64,000 bases of DNA, from IMG/VR virus record IMGVR_UViG_3300031998_000018; one strand, 5' to 3'. The stretch comes from an uncultured virus (IMG/VR IMGVR_UViG_3300031998_000018). Lineage: Duplodnaviria > Heunggongvirae > Uroviricota > Caudoviricetes. Below, piece after piece: positions 32,601 to 42,991 of the stretch (its first letter is position 1; every line of letters begins with the position of its first letter). The notes beneath the pieces were generated by a model. That model worked only from the letters and a program-made list of their open reading frames with translations. It did no database searches and had not been told where the DNA came from. A program made the position numbers and the translations under genes.

Positions 32601-35037
32601 GTAGATAGTCTTAACTGAAATTACATATAATCTTGACTCTCCAGATAAGAATAGCATTAAAGTTCAAAACTATAAATCTCAATTCCAAGACCTCTTTAAA
32701 CGCATTACCGCTACAGTGCAATCCGTACAATACTCTACCGGTTCTTATGACAAGGCGGCCGACCTTGCTAATGCTAATGATGACCAAAAGAGTGCATTTT
32801 TACAAGGTGGGTTAAATGATGCTAGTACAGTACTTCAAAATCTTGCTAATTAGACAGTTAGACTTGATGAAGAAGGATTAACAATTACCGATGGTGGAGA
32901 AGTTAATCGTATACTGCGCGCAGTCAGCGGCGGCATATTACTGAGCAATGATGGTGGAAACACTTGGGAACTTGGTATTACTGCTAGCGGTATTAATGCT
33001 AAAACAATTAATAGCGGTGTATTAAATACTGGCGAAGTTAATATAATGTATGGCGATGAGCCTACATTCCGGTGGGATGCTTATGGTTTAACTGCTTATG
33101 ACTTTAATTTAAATAGCCCAACTGCACCAATTTTTACTTCAGGTGTAAGGTTTGATAGATTAGGTATTTATGGGTTTAAATTAAATAGCGGTGATGTTGC
33201 TGATTTCCATCCAACTGATATAGTTGATTGGGATATTGTTCAAGACCCTGACACTGAGGAATATCGACTAGTCACCAAGGTTGATGATGCAACTCATATA
33301 TATATACGTTCACGTTCTATTTTTGAATTGACTAAAGAAGGATTATATTTGAATCCTAGTTAGATGACTCAAAAGCACTATAGAGATATAGATGGAGAAT
33401 ATGGTACCTTAAGTTCGCCTGTGGCACATAAAACAATTGCTACAATTGGACGTGCGAATGATTTACTATTTAATAGTTGGGACAGTGGTTATTATCCTTA
33501 TTATGATAGTACCAATAGTAATATTGATGATCAATTTGTACAAGTAATTGGTATTGGACAAATAGACGACGATACTGGTAAATATCGTTTCGCGGTGTAT
33601 GATGATGGTACAGTATGTGCTACACAAGCACGCATTGCAGGCCGTATTGTCGCTCAAACTGGTTCTATCGGCGGTTGGACTATTGGGTCAGACTTGCATG
33701 CAGGTAGCGGCTCTTCTTATGTAGCATTAAGTACAAGTGGAATTTGGGCAGGTAATAATAGTATGGGATCTGCACCATTCCGCGTAACGAATACTGGAGC
33801 CTTAACTGCGACTGATGCTACAATTACTGGTACAATTACTGCAACAAGTGGTACTATTGGTGGCTGGACAATTGATAAAACTAATAATAATATTCCTTAT
33901 TTATGCAGTGCATCATCCAGTTCAATGCGTATGTATTTAGCTGGAGGTGCTTCATGGACAATTGCCAATGGTAGCCCTATTTATACAAATGTAGGAAGTA
34001 AAACTAATTTATGTATTCGTGTTGGTGAGAATAATACCGCTACTTTTGGTGTCGGAGTCGATGGAGCAATATATGCTACATTAGGTAATATCGCTGGGTG
34101 GAATATCTCTACTACTCGATTATCTTACGGCACCTTAGGTAGTAGTGGGGGTATAGGTTTAATTCCTCAAGGTACAACAGTTGGTTCAGTAAGTGATGTA
34201 GTATTTACAGCAGGCGCTAATTTTAAAGTTACCAAAACTGGCATATTATATGCTACTGCTGCCCACATTACAGGTGAAATTACTGCTACTAGTGGCACCA
34301 TTGGTAATGTTCATATTGGAACACCATCATCGGGTGGTACAGTCGGCTTATATAGTGTTGACGCCAATATGGCTAATACTTGTGGACAAGGCGTGTCTTC
34401 ATCTTCGTTTTATTTAGGATCTAATGGTTTATCTTTTGATTTAGGATCTACAGATTCTGATAATTATCATGGTTATACTAGTATTATGCGGCCCGCGATG
34501 GTTATGCTATATGGTAATGGTGGTTCGGAAAGTTCTTAGCAAAATATTTTGATATATATGTCACAAAGAGGCTTTGACTTTTATAGACATACTAGTTAGT
34601 TTAGAGATTTATCGAATTTATCATCAGCAACACTAGTGGGACAAATTGTAAATAATTACTCTGCTGGATATATGCAACTAAAAGGTACGTGGCATAGTGA
34701 CAGTACTATTATTAATGATTCTGATTATAATGTTAAACATGATATTGAAGCATTAGATGCGCGCTATATTACCTTATTTGATAATTTAATACCTAAGCGA
34801 TTTAAGTATAATAATGGTACTAGTAACCGTTATCATACTGGTTTTATAGCACAAGAAGTATATAATGCCGCATTGTCTGCTGGTTTAACATCTCAAGAAG
34901 TAGGTGCTATTTGTATCAGTGCACAAAATACTGAACAAGAGTCTTGGGGATTACGTTATGAAGAACTTATCAGCATATTAACCGCCAAAATTAAATCTCT
35001 TGAAGAACGTATCAGAATTTTGGAGAGTAAAATTTGA
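29692..35037 (+). CDS. Tail tip/fibre protein with C-terminal peptidase S74 chaperone (1781 aa, TAG=Gln)
   Basis: Fragments 29827-34636 share one frame; GxIGGWxI repeats; SDYNVKHDI...GFIAQEV...LRYEELI chaperone motif. Confidence 0.8.
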
Positions 35038-35062
35038 TTTTTCTCTAAAAATGCAGTATAAT
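35034..35062 (+). promoter_or_regulatory. sigmaA-type promoter
   Basis: TTGATT-17-TATAAT-N5-TAGAAA. Confidence 0.75.
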
Positions 35063-35094
35063 TATTATAGAAATCAAAATAAGGAGGATTAGTG

Positions 35095-35469
35095 ATGAAA
35101 CTATCCGAAACGATTAATTTTGTCCCCTTTTACGACAAAATTAAAACACAGCCGATGTCGGTGACAGCTGCTTACAAGCTGGCCAAGATTTATCAACAAG
35201 CAAAGAATGACGAGTCTTTCTATCAGGAAAAGCTTCGTGAAATTCTCTTTAAATACGGCGAACTCGATGAGAATGGCAACCTTATCCCCGTCGATGATGG
35301 TAAGGGTATCAAACTCAAAGATGATGCTCAGGCAGATTGTCTTGCAGCCATTAAGGAGCTTGAGGAAATCGAGAGCGAGCTGAAGTTTGATCCGCTTGAT
35401 ATCGGTATTCTGGACAAGATCGAAGTCGCGCCGAGTGATCTCGAGAGTGTCATGAGCTTCTTCGCTTAA
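35095..35469 (+). CDS. Hypothetical protein, possible tail fibre assembly factor
   Basis: AAGGAGG RBS, TAG-free, own promoter and terminator; function is a guess from position. Confidence 0.6.
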   Translation: MKLSETINFVPFYDKIKTQPMSVTAAYKLAKIYQQAKNDESFYQEKLREILFKYGELDENGNLIPVDDGKGIKLKDDAQADCLAAIKELEEIESELKFDPLDIGILDKIEVAPSDLESVMSFFA

Positions 35470-35483
35470 TACCACATAATAAA

Positions 35484-35517
35484 GACGGTAAGTAGCAATA
35501 CTTACCGTTCTTTTTTT
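35484..35517 (+). terminator. Rho-independent terminator
   Basis: ACGGTAAGTA-GCAA-TACTTACCGT then T run. Confidence 0.85.
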
Positions 35518-35633
35518 ACCAATTTTTGGAAGCGCTGGTATAAACTCCCATTATTGTTGAATTTTACGCGGTAAGTAACTTATGTTTTTACTTCATAGTA
35601 GAGAGGGAGGAAATACAACTAAGGAGTTTAATT

Positions 35634-36056
35634 ATGGCTAATTATCAGTATCCATATGCTAATTCATTAAATTCATTTTAGTAGATTTAGCAAATGTTTC
35701 CTCAACCGCAAGGAAGCGTGTATTCAATTAATTCTCCATTAGAAATAGGTAATGTGCCTATTGGGAGTACTGGGTTATCTGTGGCACTATGTTTAAATGA
35801 AGGATTAATGTATATTAAGTCATTTTAGAATAGTAGCCCAGTAATTATGACTTACCATATCTCTCCACATAATGTGGATTAGAAACCGACGTAGACTGCG
35901 CCCGACGCCTCCGTATAGACGCCCGCGGTCGTTACGTCAGATGAAATTACTACTAAATTAAAATAGCTTGATGCAATTCAAGAAAGGCTAGCAAAAATTG
36001 AAAGTAGTTTAAATCGTTCAGGAGGAAAATTCGATGAATTACTACAATCAAAATAA
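35634..36056 (+). CDS. Hypothetical protein (140 aa, 8 TAG=Gln)
   Basis: AAGGAG RBS; MANYQYPY...F(Q)(Q)I(Q)QMFPQPQG; ends TAA. Confidence 0.75.
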
Positions 36057-36255
36057 TCCATTAATGCAACAAATTTTCGGCAGGGCGCAATCTACGCCTA
36101 ATACTGCACCTAATATGTCTCTTGAACAACTCTACTCTGTTACTTCCACGCTTAATAAACAAGCTTGGTCGCAACTTGTTTCATAGGCTCGTGCTAAAGG
36201 GATCTCCGATCAAGATATCCAAGCTGGCCTTAATATTTTACTTCAACATCGATAA
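36034..36255 (+). CDS. Hypothetical Gln/Asn-rich helical protein (73 aa, 1 TAG)
   Basis: GGAGG RBS; MNYYNQNNPLMQQ...LVS(Q)ARAKGIS. Confidence 0.7.
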
Positions 36256-36307
36256 TACTTTACAAGTGGCCACGCGTAAAGAAAAAATATTATTGGAGGA
36301 CAATACA

Positions 36308-38041
36308 ATGTCTGATGGATTATCTGCTGCTGATGTCATGGCGATGACGAAAGAAAGTGATGGTATGAATGCTATCTGGAATAACCCTGAACAAATTTAT
36401 TAATTTCTTAAATTTTTCCAAATTTATATATACACAGTTATATAATTCTACTTATATATAGAACAAAGATAAAGGAGAATAATTATGACTGGTATTTATA
36501 AAATTACTTGTTTAGTAAATCATAAAATCTATATTGGATAGAGCGTCCGTTTACAAAATCGTTTAAGTGCCCATCAACGTGAATTAAAACAAGGCATTCA
36601 TTTTAATGTAGAATTGCAAAAAGACTTTAATTTATATGGCGTGGATAATTTTACTTTTGAAATTATTGAATAGTGTCCCGCCACTAAATTAGATGACCGT
36701 GAACGATTTTATATTAAATTATTAAATGCACAAGATACAAAATATGGATATAATTTAACCGAGGGCGGATGTGAATATCGCGGTACGAACAACCCAATGT
36801 ATGGAAAAAGTGGTAAATTATCACCAAGATTTATAGATATAATTTATCAATTAGATACTTCGGGCGCGGTACTAGCAGAATTTGAAAGTGCCAATTTAGC
36901 GGCGAAAGCTGTTAATGGATAGGCAGGGCATATTAATGATTGTTTACAGACTTGGAAACAACATTCTGCTTCTCCAGTTGGCGCATCACATCCAGAACGA
37001 CTCACGCATAAAGGCTACCAATGGATATTTAAAAAGGATTATGAAATACTAAAGCAAAATGGTTATGATTTTAGTAAAAAACGTACTAAAAAATCATTGA
37101 CCATCCAAGATTTAATAGATAAAGGGGCCTTAAGTAGCAATACTTAAGTGGTACTTTGTGAACTGCTGGAAACTCTCTTTGGAGATAATCAGCAACTAAG
37201 CCTATATAATAGGAAAGCTCAACGACTATCCTGATACTACAAATCCAGAAAAAGAAAAAGAGTAGTTAAGCTATGAAATTTAGCAATAGGAGTACGGCCC
37301 AAGAGGGTGGGTGAAAATCCCTTAAATGGAAGCGCAAAGCATCTCAATGAGATGAAGATATAGTCTGATCTTTATGGCAACATAAAGAGGAATAATGGAT
37401 TCGATTATTCCGCAACATTAATGTTTATCTACTTTGTTTGGATGGCACTGTTTAGTGGAGGATTTGGCGGCCTCTTTGGAGGTAATAACGCCGCTACTTA
37501 GGGTGCCCTTACTCGTGCAGAACTTTATGATGGGCTTGGACGCCAAGATTTATTTGCCAATCAAGAAGCTATTCAATCTGAACTAAGCTCTTTTGAACGC
37601 GATGCCGCCAACAAATGGGGCGACATTCGTTACGACAACTTACAGAATATTTACGGATTACAGAGTGCCATGACTGGTGGTTTCTATACCGTTAATAGTA
37701 ACCTTAAAGATGGCCAGTTTGCCCAACAGCAGGGCGCGTGCTCTATTAATCGTAATATTGACGATGTCAAGGCTGAAGCATATAAGAACACTTGTGAGAT
37801 TACTACTGCTATTCACGCTGAGGGTGAAGCGACTCGTGCTCTTATTACTGAAAACACAATTCAGGCACTTCGCGATAAGCTTGAAGATAAAGATCGTGAA
37901 TTACTCGCGGCTAATTTCCAGATTTCGCAAGGTGCGCAGAATGCTTACCTTATTGATGCAATTAGACCCGTGGCTCGTCCCGCTTATATTACTGCTAGTC
38001 CCTATACTAGCAATATGTGCGGTTGCGGTTGTAACCTGTAA
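36308..38041 (+). CDS. Intron-split membrane/coiled-coil protein (exons 36308-36388 and 37424-38041; 232 aa)
   Basis: Splicing gives ...AIWNNP|FIYFVWMALFSGGFGG...AT(Q)GALTRAEL..., in frame with ORF 37670; ends CGCGCNL. Confidence 0.85.
36389..37423 (+). ncRNA. Group I self-splicing intron (IA-like)
   Basis: 5' exon ends in U, intron ends in G; IGS TAGATAAAGGGG 37116-37127; P3 CTTTGTG/CGCAAAG; P4 TGCTG/CAGCA; P7 GACTA 37224 / AAGATA-TAGTC 37361; P8 and P9 hairpins. Confidence 0.92.
36485..37147 (+). CDS. Intron-encoded GIY-YIG homing endonuclease (220 aa, 3 TAG=Gln)
   Basis: MTGIYKITCLVNHKIYIG(Q)S; GYNLTEGG; NPMYGK (NUMOD3-like); C-terminal NUMOD1-like segment. Confidence 0.92.
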
Positions 38042-38082
38042 ATTAGCTACCTCAGAGTACATACTCGTATCGGAGGTAAATT

Positions 38083-38499
38083 ATGATTTATTCTTATAAT
38101 ACTAAAGAACAAACTGTTGCTACAGATAGTGAAGTTACTTATGCAGTTGATGCTATTAAAACTGGAACCACAGTAACACATGCTCCAGGGACAGGAACAT
38201 TTGTACTTAATAAATCGGGTTATTATTATGTGACAGTAACTGCTGTTGGCTCAGCAAGTGCCACTGGTACAGATCTTGTTACTTTGACTCTATATAATGG
38301 TACTAATCCATTACCTGGTGCTATTGCTTCTGAAACTAGTACAGCTACAACTGATGTAGTAACTTTAGTGATTAATACTATTATTCCTGTTCGTCCATCG
38401 TGTTGTGCAGTTGACAACACAGTAAACTTAATAGTCGTTAATACTGGAGTAGAAGCAGTCTACACTAATACCACAATAACAATCACTAAACTGTCGTGA
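38083..38499 (+). CDS. Thr-rich beta-sandwich protein (possibly BclA C-terminal-like)
   Basis: 138 aa, all-beta pattern, FVLNKSGYYYVTV; GGAGG RBS. Confidence 0.6.
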   Translation: MIYSYNTKEQTVATDSEVTYAVDAIKTGTTVTHAPGTGTFVLNKSGYYYVTVTAVGSASATGTDLVTLTLYNGTNPLPGAIASETSTATTDVVTLVINTIIPVRPSCCAVDNTVNLIVVNTGVEAVYTNTTITITKLS

Positions 38500-38509
38500 G
38501 GTGATTGGC

Positions 38510-38794
38510 ATGCTTGTATACAAAGCGCTATACCGTAAAATGATGGATGCTCTTAAAGATGCTGGAATGTGGCTTGATTGGGCAGATCAGTTAAAGACCG
38601 ATAACCCGGAGATCGCGAAGTATTTATGCGATTCTGCCAAAGAGAGGCTCGAAAATGATTTCCCTGTGACTCATTAGCACTTTAAGCGTCTTTGTACCAA
38701 TGATAAAAATGAAGGTCATTGCTTAAATGACATGGTTGAAGAACATATAATGGATTGGTATGAAGGCATGATTAATCGCATTAAACGGTGGTAA
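38510..38794 (+). CDS. Small helical protein (94 aa, 1 TAG)
   Basis: GAGGTG RBS; ends TAA before terminator. Confidence 0.7.
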
Positions 38795-38802
38795 TAAAAT
38801 TA

Positions 38803-38826
38803 GAGAGAGGACTTCGGTCCTCTCTC
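38803..38826. terminator. Terminator between convergent operons
   Basis: GAGAGAGGAC-TTCG-GTCCTCTCTC. Confidence 0.8.
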
Positions 38827-38831
38827 GTTAT

Positions 38832-39569
38832 TTATGTCTCCCAATTTTCGACTGATGTATTTTTGTTGATTATTTTAGTGAGATAATGACCAATGCCAAT
38901 AGCATCAGATTCATCATCGCTTACGCTGATGTCATACCATTCTTTGACTAGAAGCTACATACTACGCTTGCGGTCGGCCCGTGCAGTACCTTTTACTCCA
39001 CAAGCATGGCGCCAAGTATTAGTTGGACAGACAGTATACTAGATCTTGCTAGTGTAGCAAGTTTCCATTAATATACCTTGAAGGCGCGCAAGTGTTTGGA
39101 ATACCGTTACACCCATTTTGCGCCCGCTGCCTTCGTCTTGATACTAGATACCCTCAAGTCCGATATAGTCTGGCTTCCAGTTATTGATCATGGATAAAAG
39201 CCATGATTTAATTAAAGAGCATCGCGCTATTTCATCATCTAGTTCGGTATGAAAGGTGCCATATTTGACGAGATTACCATTGTCAAAAATGGCATATCCT
39301 GTTGTGTGGCTTGCCTAGTCAAGTGCTAGTACGCGATATATGCCTACTGGCTTAGGGAGTATCTCTCCATCTTGTTTAGCGAGGTCATTACGTGCGCAAG
39401 TAGGACATTCAAGTTTATTCCGCATTTTCTTCCACGGTGCATATACTCGATGCCCCTCGGGACATTCAAATACCATTTCTGTTTCAAGATTAGTATATTT
39501 ATCAGATATTAAAACCCATCCCTCTGCATTAACTATCTCTTGAATTTCTGATAATTTGATTTTACTCAT
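38832..39569 (-). CDS. ruvC: RuvC-like Holliday junction resolvase with N-terminal Zn ribbon (245 aa, 4 TAG=Gln)
   Basis: VLALD(Q)ASHTTGYAIF, IGLEGI(Q), LARLQG, DDESDAIGIG; CPEGH...CPTC. Confidence 0.85.
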
Positions 39570-40519
39570 TTAAGGCCAGTAGACCCAAACCCACCGCCGC
39601 GATTTTCACCAAGTAGATCAACCGAGTCAACCTCAATCCAAGCTACTTTGGGGACTTCGCTTAGCACTAACTGCGCGAATTTCTCTCCTTTCCCAATGGT
39701 ATAAGGGGAACCAAATTCGATATGCCCAAACATGATCGGGTCGTTTTCCTGCCAAGTAGTAGGTACTTTGATACCACGAATAGGAGGATCGACATTTTCG
39801 ATGATGACGGCTAATTCGTCACGATATCCAGCATCAATCGTGCCGGGAGTATTGGCTATACGTAATTTTGTTTTTAGGCAGCGCCCACTCTTTGGACGAA
39901 CTTGAAGTTCATATCCAAGAGGAATAGCGACTTTGATGCCAAGTGGAACAAGTTTAGTTTCACCGGGATTAATGGTGATTTCTTCTGTGGCAAAGACGTC
40001 CATACCTGCATCAGAGGGATGTGCATAAGCAGGCATTTTGGCATCTGGACGGCAGTATTCAATGGGGATATTGATGGTCTTCTTTGCGATACCATCTATA
40101 TTGGCGATTGAGTTATATGTAATACCGATAATGCGTTTAAGGAAGTCACGCTTTGGAGCAGTAAGCTGAGCCGCAGTTTGGGCATCAATTAGATCGCAAA
40201 GTGCGAAGTATTCTTCTTCGATATCTTCGACATGGCGCCCAGCCGCGTTCATAGCCTGAACAAGCAGCATCTGCTGATTGATATTGTTGTAACTCTTTTC
40301 GAGTTCATCGAGACAGGCTGGCGCGACAAGAGCGAACTGTTCATCAGGAAGGCTTAGAAGTGCTCCAATTTCTTCCATATCTTCAGCACCAAGCGGAGTA
40401 TCATTGATTTCCTTCAGCATATCCTTGAACTCTTTGGAGTTCTTTTCATCAGCTTCAATCAGTGACAGACCTAGATGGCGCCCTGCCGTACGAGCTTGTG
40501 ATGGCGTAAGAATTGCCAT
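39566..40519 (-). CDS. dut: dUTPase with long N-terminal extension
   Basis: AGMD, RPKSG, GTIDAGYR, KFAQL, RGGGFGSTG motifs. Confidence 0.92.
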   Translation of the reverse strand: MAILTPSQARTAGRHLGLSLIEADEKNSKEFKDMLKEINDTPLGAEDMEEIGALLSLPDEQFALVAPACLDELEKSYNNINQQMLLVQAMNAAGRHVEDIEEEYFALCDLIDAQTAAQLTAPKRDFLKRIIGITYNSIANIDGIAKKTINIPIEYCRPDAKMPAYAHPSDAGMDVFATEEITINPGETKLVPLGIKVAIPLGYELQVRPKSGRCLKTKLRIANTPGTIDAGYRDELAVIIENVDPPIRGIKVPTTWQENDPIMFGHIEFGSPYTIGKGEKFAQLVLSEVPKVAWIEVDSVDLLGENRGGGFGSTGLK

Positions 40520-40740
40520 TATTCATCGTCCTCCCAGACTTTGTTATATTCGGCTACACACTTGCAGATCCAAGCCTCGGCAACGACTTCACCTTTCTTG
40601 GTTTTGGTCTTATAGGTATAGCCTGCGGCAGCGACTGTATAGTGGTTCTGCGCCGCATTAACACGGAATGCTTCGATGTATTCTTTTGCTTCTTCTTCAC
40701 TATATGCGCGAGCTTCGGTGGTTATTTTCAGAGTCTTCAT
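40519..40740 (-). CDS. Hypothetical protein (73 aa)
   Basis: Overlap-coupled ORF with GGAG RBS. Confidence 0.7.
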   Translation of the reverse strand: MKTLKITTEARAYSEEEAKEYIEAFRVNAAQNHYTVAAAGYTYKTKTKKGEVVAEAWICKCVAEYNKVWEDDE

Positions 40741-41060
40741 TTTTCGTCTCCTATCGTAATTGTACCTGTAAGATCATTTAATGAAGTAAATTTAGTATGT
40801 GTAGCAGTAATAGTAGAATTTGGGCCTGTAGTAAGGGTAGATGTATTATCTGAACAAGTAATATACGGCTCAATATTAGTAGTAGAATACCAATATGGTG
40901 TATAAGGATATGAAATTGTTATTGGGCGGCCTGCGGCGTAACCCTGATCATATCCTTTGGCACGACCTTCTTCGTATACTTCATCAAGCAGTTTTTCTAA
41001 CTGCTATTTGGTAAATTCAATCTTATTATCCTTATTAGGATAAAATACACGAACTTTCAT
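40737..41060 (-). CDS. Hypothetical protein (107 aa, 1 TAG)
   Basis: AAGGAG RBS after promoter 41103-41131; MKVRVFYPN...FTK(Q)QLEKLLDEVY. Confidence 0.7.
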
Positions 41061-41102
41061 AATATAACTCCTTGAATAGATTTCTCTCTATTTTCTAAAT
41101 AT

Positions 41103-41131
41103 ATTATATCAGAAAATAGAGAGAAAGTCAA
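41103..41131 (-). promoter_or_regulatory. sigmaA-type promoter
   Basis: TTGACT-17-TATAAT-N5-TAGAAAA. Confidence 0.75.
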
Positions 41132-41133
41132 AT

Positions 41134-42414
41134 TTAAACCGATTTTTTCCTCAAAATGAGATTTAGTAACACTCCAAGTACCATTGCAAGTGAAACACCA
41201 GCAAAGGACTGATGGAAGAGCCACAGGCCGCCAACTCCAACCGTTAAAATAACACTAACCACAATCAGATTTTTATTATCTTCGAGATCGGCTTTGCTAT
41301 TAATAAGAGTCTTAAGACCACTAGCCGCAATGAAACCATAAAGGATCATAGCGCAGCCACCGAATACGCAAGCTGGAATTGAATTAATGAATATTTGTAC
41401 TGGTTCTGCAAATGCAAGGATGCCAATGATGCCAGCAGCGAGAGACACAACTCTAACTGATGCAACTTTGGAGAAGCCAGTTGTAGCGATTGACTCACCA
41501 TAAGAGGTATTTGGTAAGCCACAGACACATGTACCAAGGAAGGAGGCGGCGCCATCACCAAGAAGTGTACGGTGAAGGCCTGGCTCTTTTGTGAGATCGA
41601 CCCCGATAATGTTTGAGAGGACCCGATGATCTGAGTAATGCTCCAGTAGTGCACATACAGCGACGGGGATAAATAAGAGACAAACCTGGCCAACTGTTCC
41701 CCATGTGAGCGAAGCAAAATCCCAATGCATGAAGCTAAAGTCGGGGATCCGGAAAAGACTCATGTTGGAGAATGCGCTGAAGTCGATTAGTGGCGCGGCT
41801 CCTGTCACCGTCAGGAGGGCGGCTAAGCCATATCCTCCGAGAAGACCAAGCAGGAAAGGAATTGTCTTTAAGAAGCCTTTGAAGTAATGTGAACTTAGCG
41901 CGACGATAATCATTGTAAAGATCGCAACCAGAATAGCCACATTACTATGCTCTCCATTAATAGCAGTATAGGTCGGTAAGAAACCTGCCAAATTGAGGCC
42001 AATAACCATCGTGATGGGACCAACGATGATAGGCGGGAAGATTTTGTTAATTGCTGCAATACCACGGAATTTTACCACCATTGAGAAAATTGCATAAATT
42101 GCGACGATAACCGCGCCGCCTATCGCAACGGCGAGGTAATTCTGACCACTTTCACCGATGGCAAGGGCGCCTATAACAGCCGAGACTGTCGCACCACAAC
42201 TCGATATAAACATCGGGCTGCGGAATTTTGTGATTACCTGATACAGTAATGTACCTAAGCAAGCACCGATAAGACATGCATCTACGGGAGTGCCGCAGAT
42301 ATTCGCAATAAGAACGGTGGCTACGAAAACAGCAAGAACTTGCTGTAACGCATACAGAAGCCACTCGCACAGTTTCTTCGGTGCTTCTGTTACACCATAA
42401 ATCATTTTAGACAT
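41134..42414 (-). CDS. NCS2-family uracil/xanthine permease (UraA-like)
   Basis: ALQQVLA, FPPIIVG, LHRTLLGDG, PNTSYGES signature; many TM segments. Confidence 0.9.
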   Translation of the reverse strand: MSKMIYGVTEAPKKLCEWLLYALQQVLAVFVATVLIANICGTPVDACLIGACLGTLLYQVITKFRSPMFISSCGATVSAVIGALAIGESGQNYLAVAIGGAVIVAIYAIFSMVVKFRGIAAINKIFPPIIVGPITMVIGLNLAGFLPTYTAINGEHSNVAILVAIFTMIIVALSSHYFKGFLKTIPFLLGLLGGYGLAALLTVTGAAPLIDFSAFSNMSLFRIPDFSFMHWDFASLTWGTVGQVCLLFIPVAVCALLEHYSDHRVLSNIIGVDLTKEPGLHRTLLGDGAASFLGTCVCGLPNTSYGESIATTGFSKVASVRVVSLAAGIIGILAFAEPVQIFINSIPACVFGGCAMILYGFIAASGLKTLINSKADLEDNKNLIVVSVILTVGVGGLWLFHQSFAGVSLAMVLGVLLNLILRKKSV

Positions 42415-42991
42415 TGTAATTCTCCGTATCTAAATCCACCTTGCGGCCTGCCGAATGAATATTCGTTTTGCCAAGAGGCTGTTTTGTATATTTCCAATTA
42501 GCGATTGCAGCGATTGCATCCTCAATATTATCTACGAGAATACCACCCTGTTTTAGGAGGCCCGTAACATAGAGGTTGTGATAGGAATACTGTTGCTCAC
42601 CGGGTTCGGCGGCGCCACCAGCATCCTTTGCAGCACTATGGGTGATATGGCACTGACGATTGTCTGTGCAGATACCAACCATAAATTTGTTATCACCGCG
42701 TGCGATCTTCTCATGGAACTTGCCGATTTCTGCGGCCGTCCCTGCGGGGATTACATCTCCATCGATGCACGCAATAAGAACATCGGTTTTATCGAGTCTT
42801 GCATTATCGCCATTGGCAATAGCTTGTGATCCGGCGAATTTCTTTTTTCCTTCTACTCCATTAATTTCTGTATTCTCGACAGGACTGTATAGATCCATAT
42901 CGGGAAAAGCTTTACGTAGTTTTGCGGCCCATTCGGTGTTCCTCAGCAAATCACCGTATGTGAAGATTGGACCTGCAAGGTAAGCTGTCAT
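42407..42991 (-). CDS. Nucleoside 2-deoxyribosyltransferase-family protein
   Basis: YLAGPIF, YSP, GTAAEIG, NLYVTG. Confidence 0.85.
   Translation of the reverse strand: MTAYLAGPIFTYGDLLRNTEWAAKLRKAFPDMDLYSPVENTEINGVEGKKKFAGSQAIANGDNARLDKTDVLIACIDGDVIPAGTAAEIGKFHEKIARGDNKFMVGICTDNRQCHITHSAAKDAGGAAEPGEQQYSYHNLYVTGLLKQGGILVDNIEDAIAAIANWKYTKQPLGKTNIHSAGRKVDLDTENYNV

Noticed and set aside
33600..34350. Diversity-generating retroelement target in tail fibre repeats
   Set aside because: Repeats are protein-level GxIGGW motifs; no template/variable repeat pair or reverse transcriptase seen
36122..36403. 93-aa ORF from the track
   Set aside because: Its 3' part is exon 1 (true start 36308 after GGAGG) running into the intron; its 5' part overlaps another gene
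35489..37146. Identical 16-mer TAAGTAGCAATACTTA in a terminator (35489) and intron P2 (37131)
   Set aside because: Self-complementary stem with a common GNRA loop has low information content; coincidence is plausible
6432..38794. Pseudogenised/cryptic prophage explanation for fragmented structural genes
   Set aside because: All breaks are in-frame TAG with no frameshifts or TAA/TGA seen, which fits recoding
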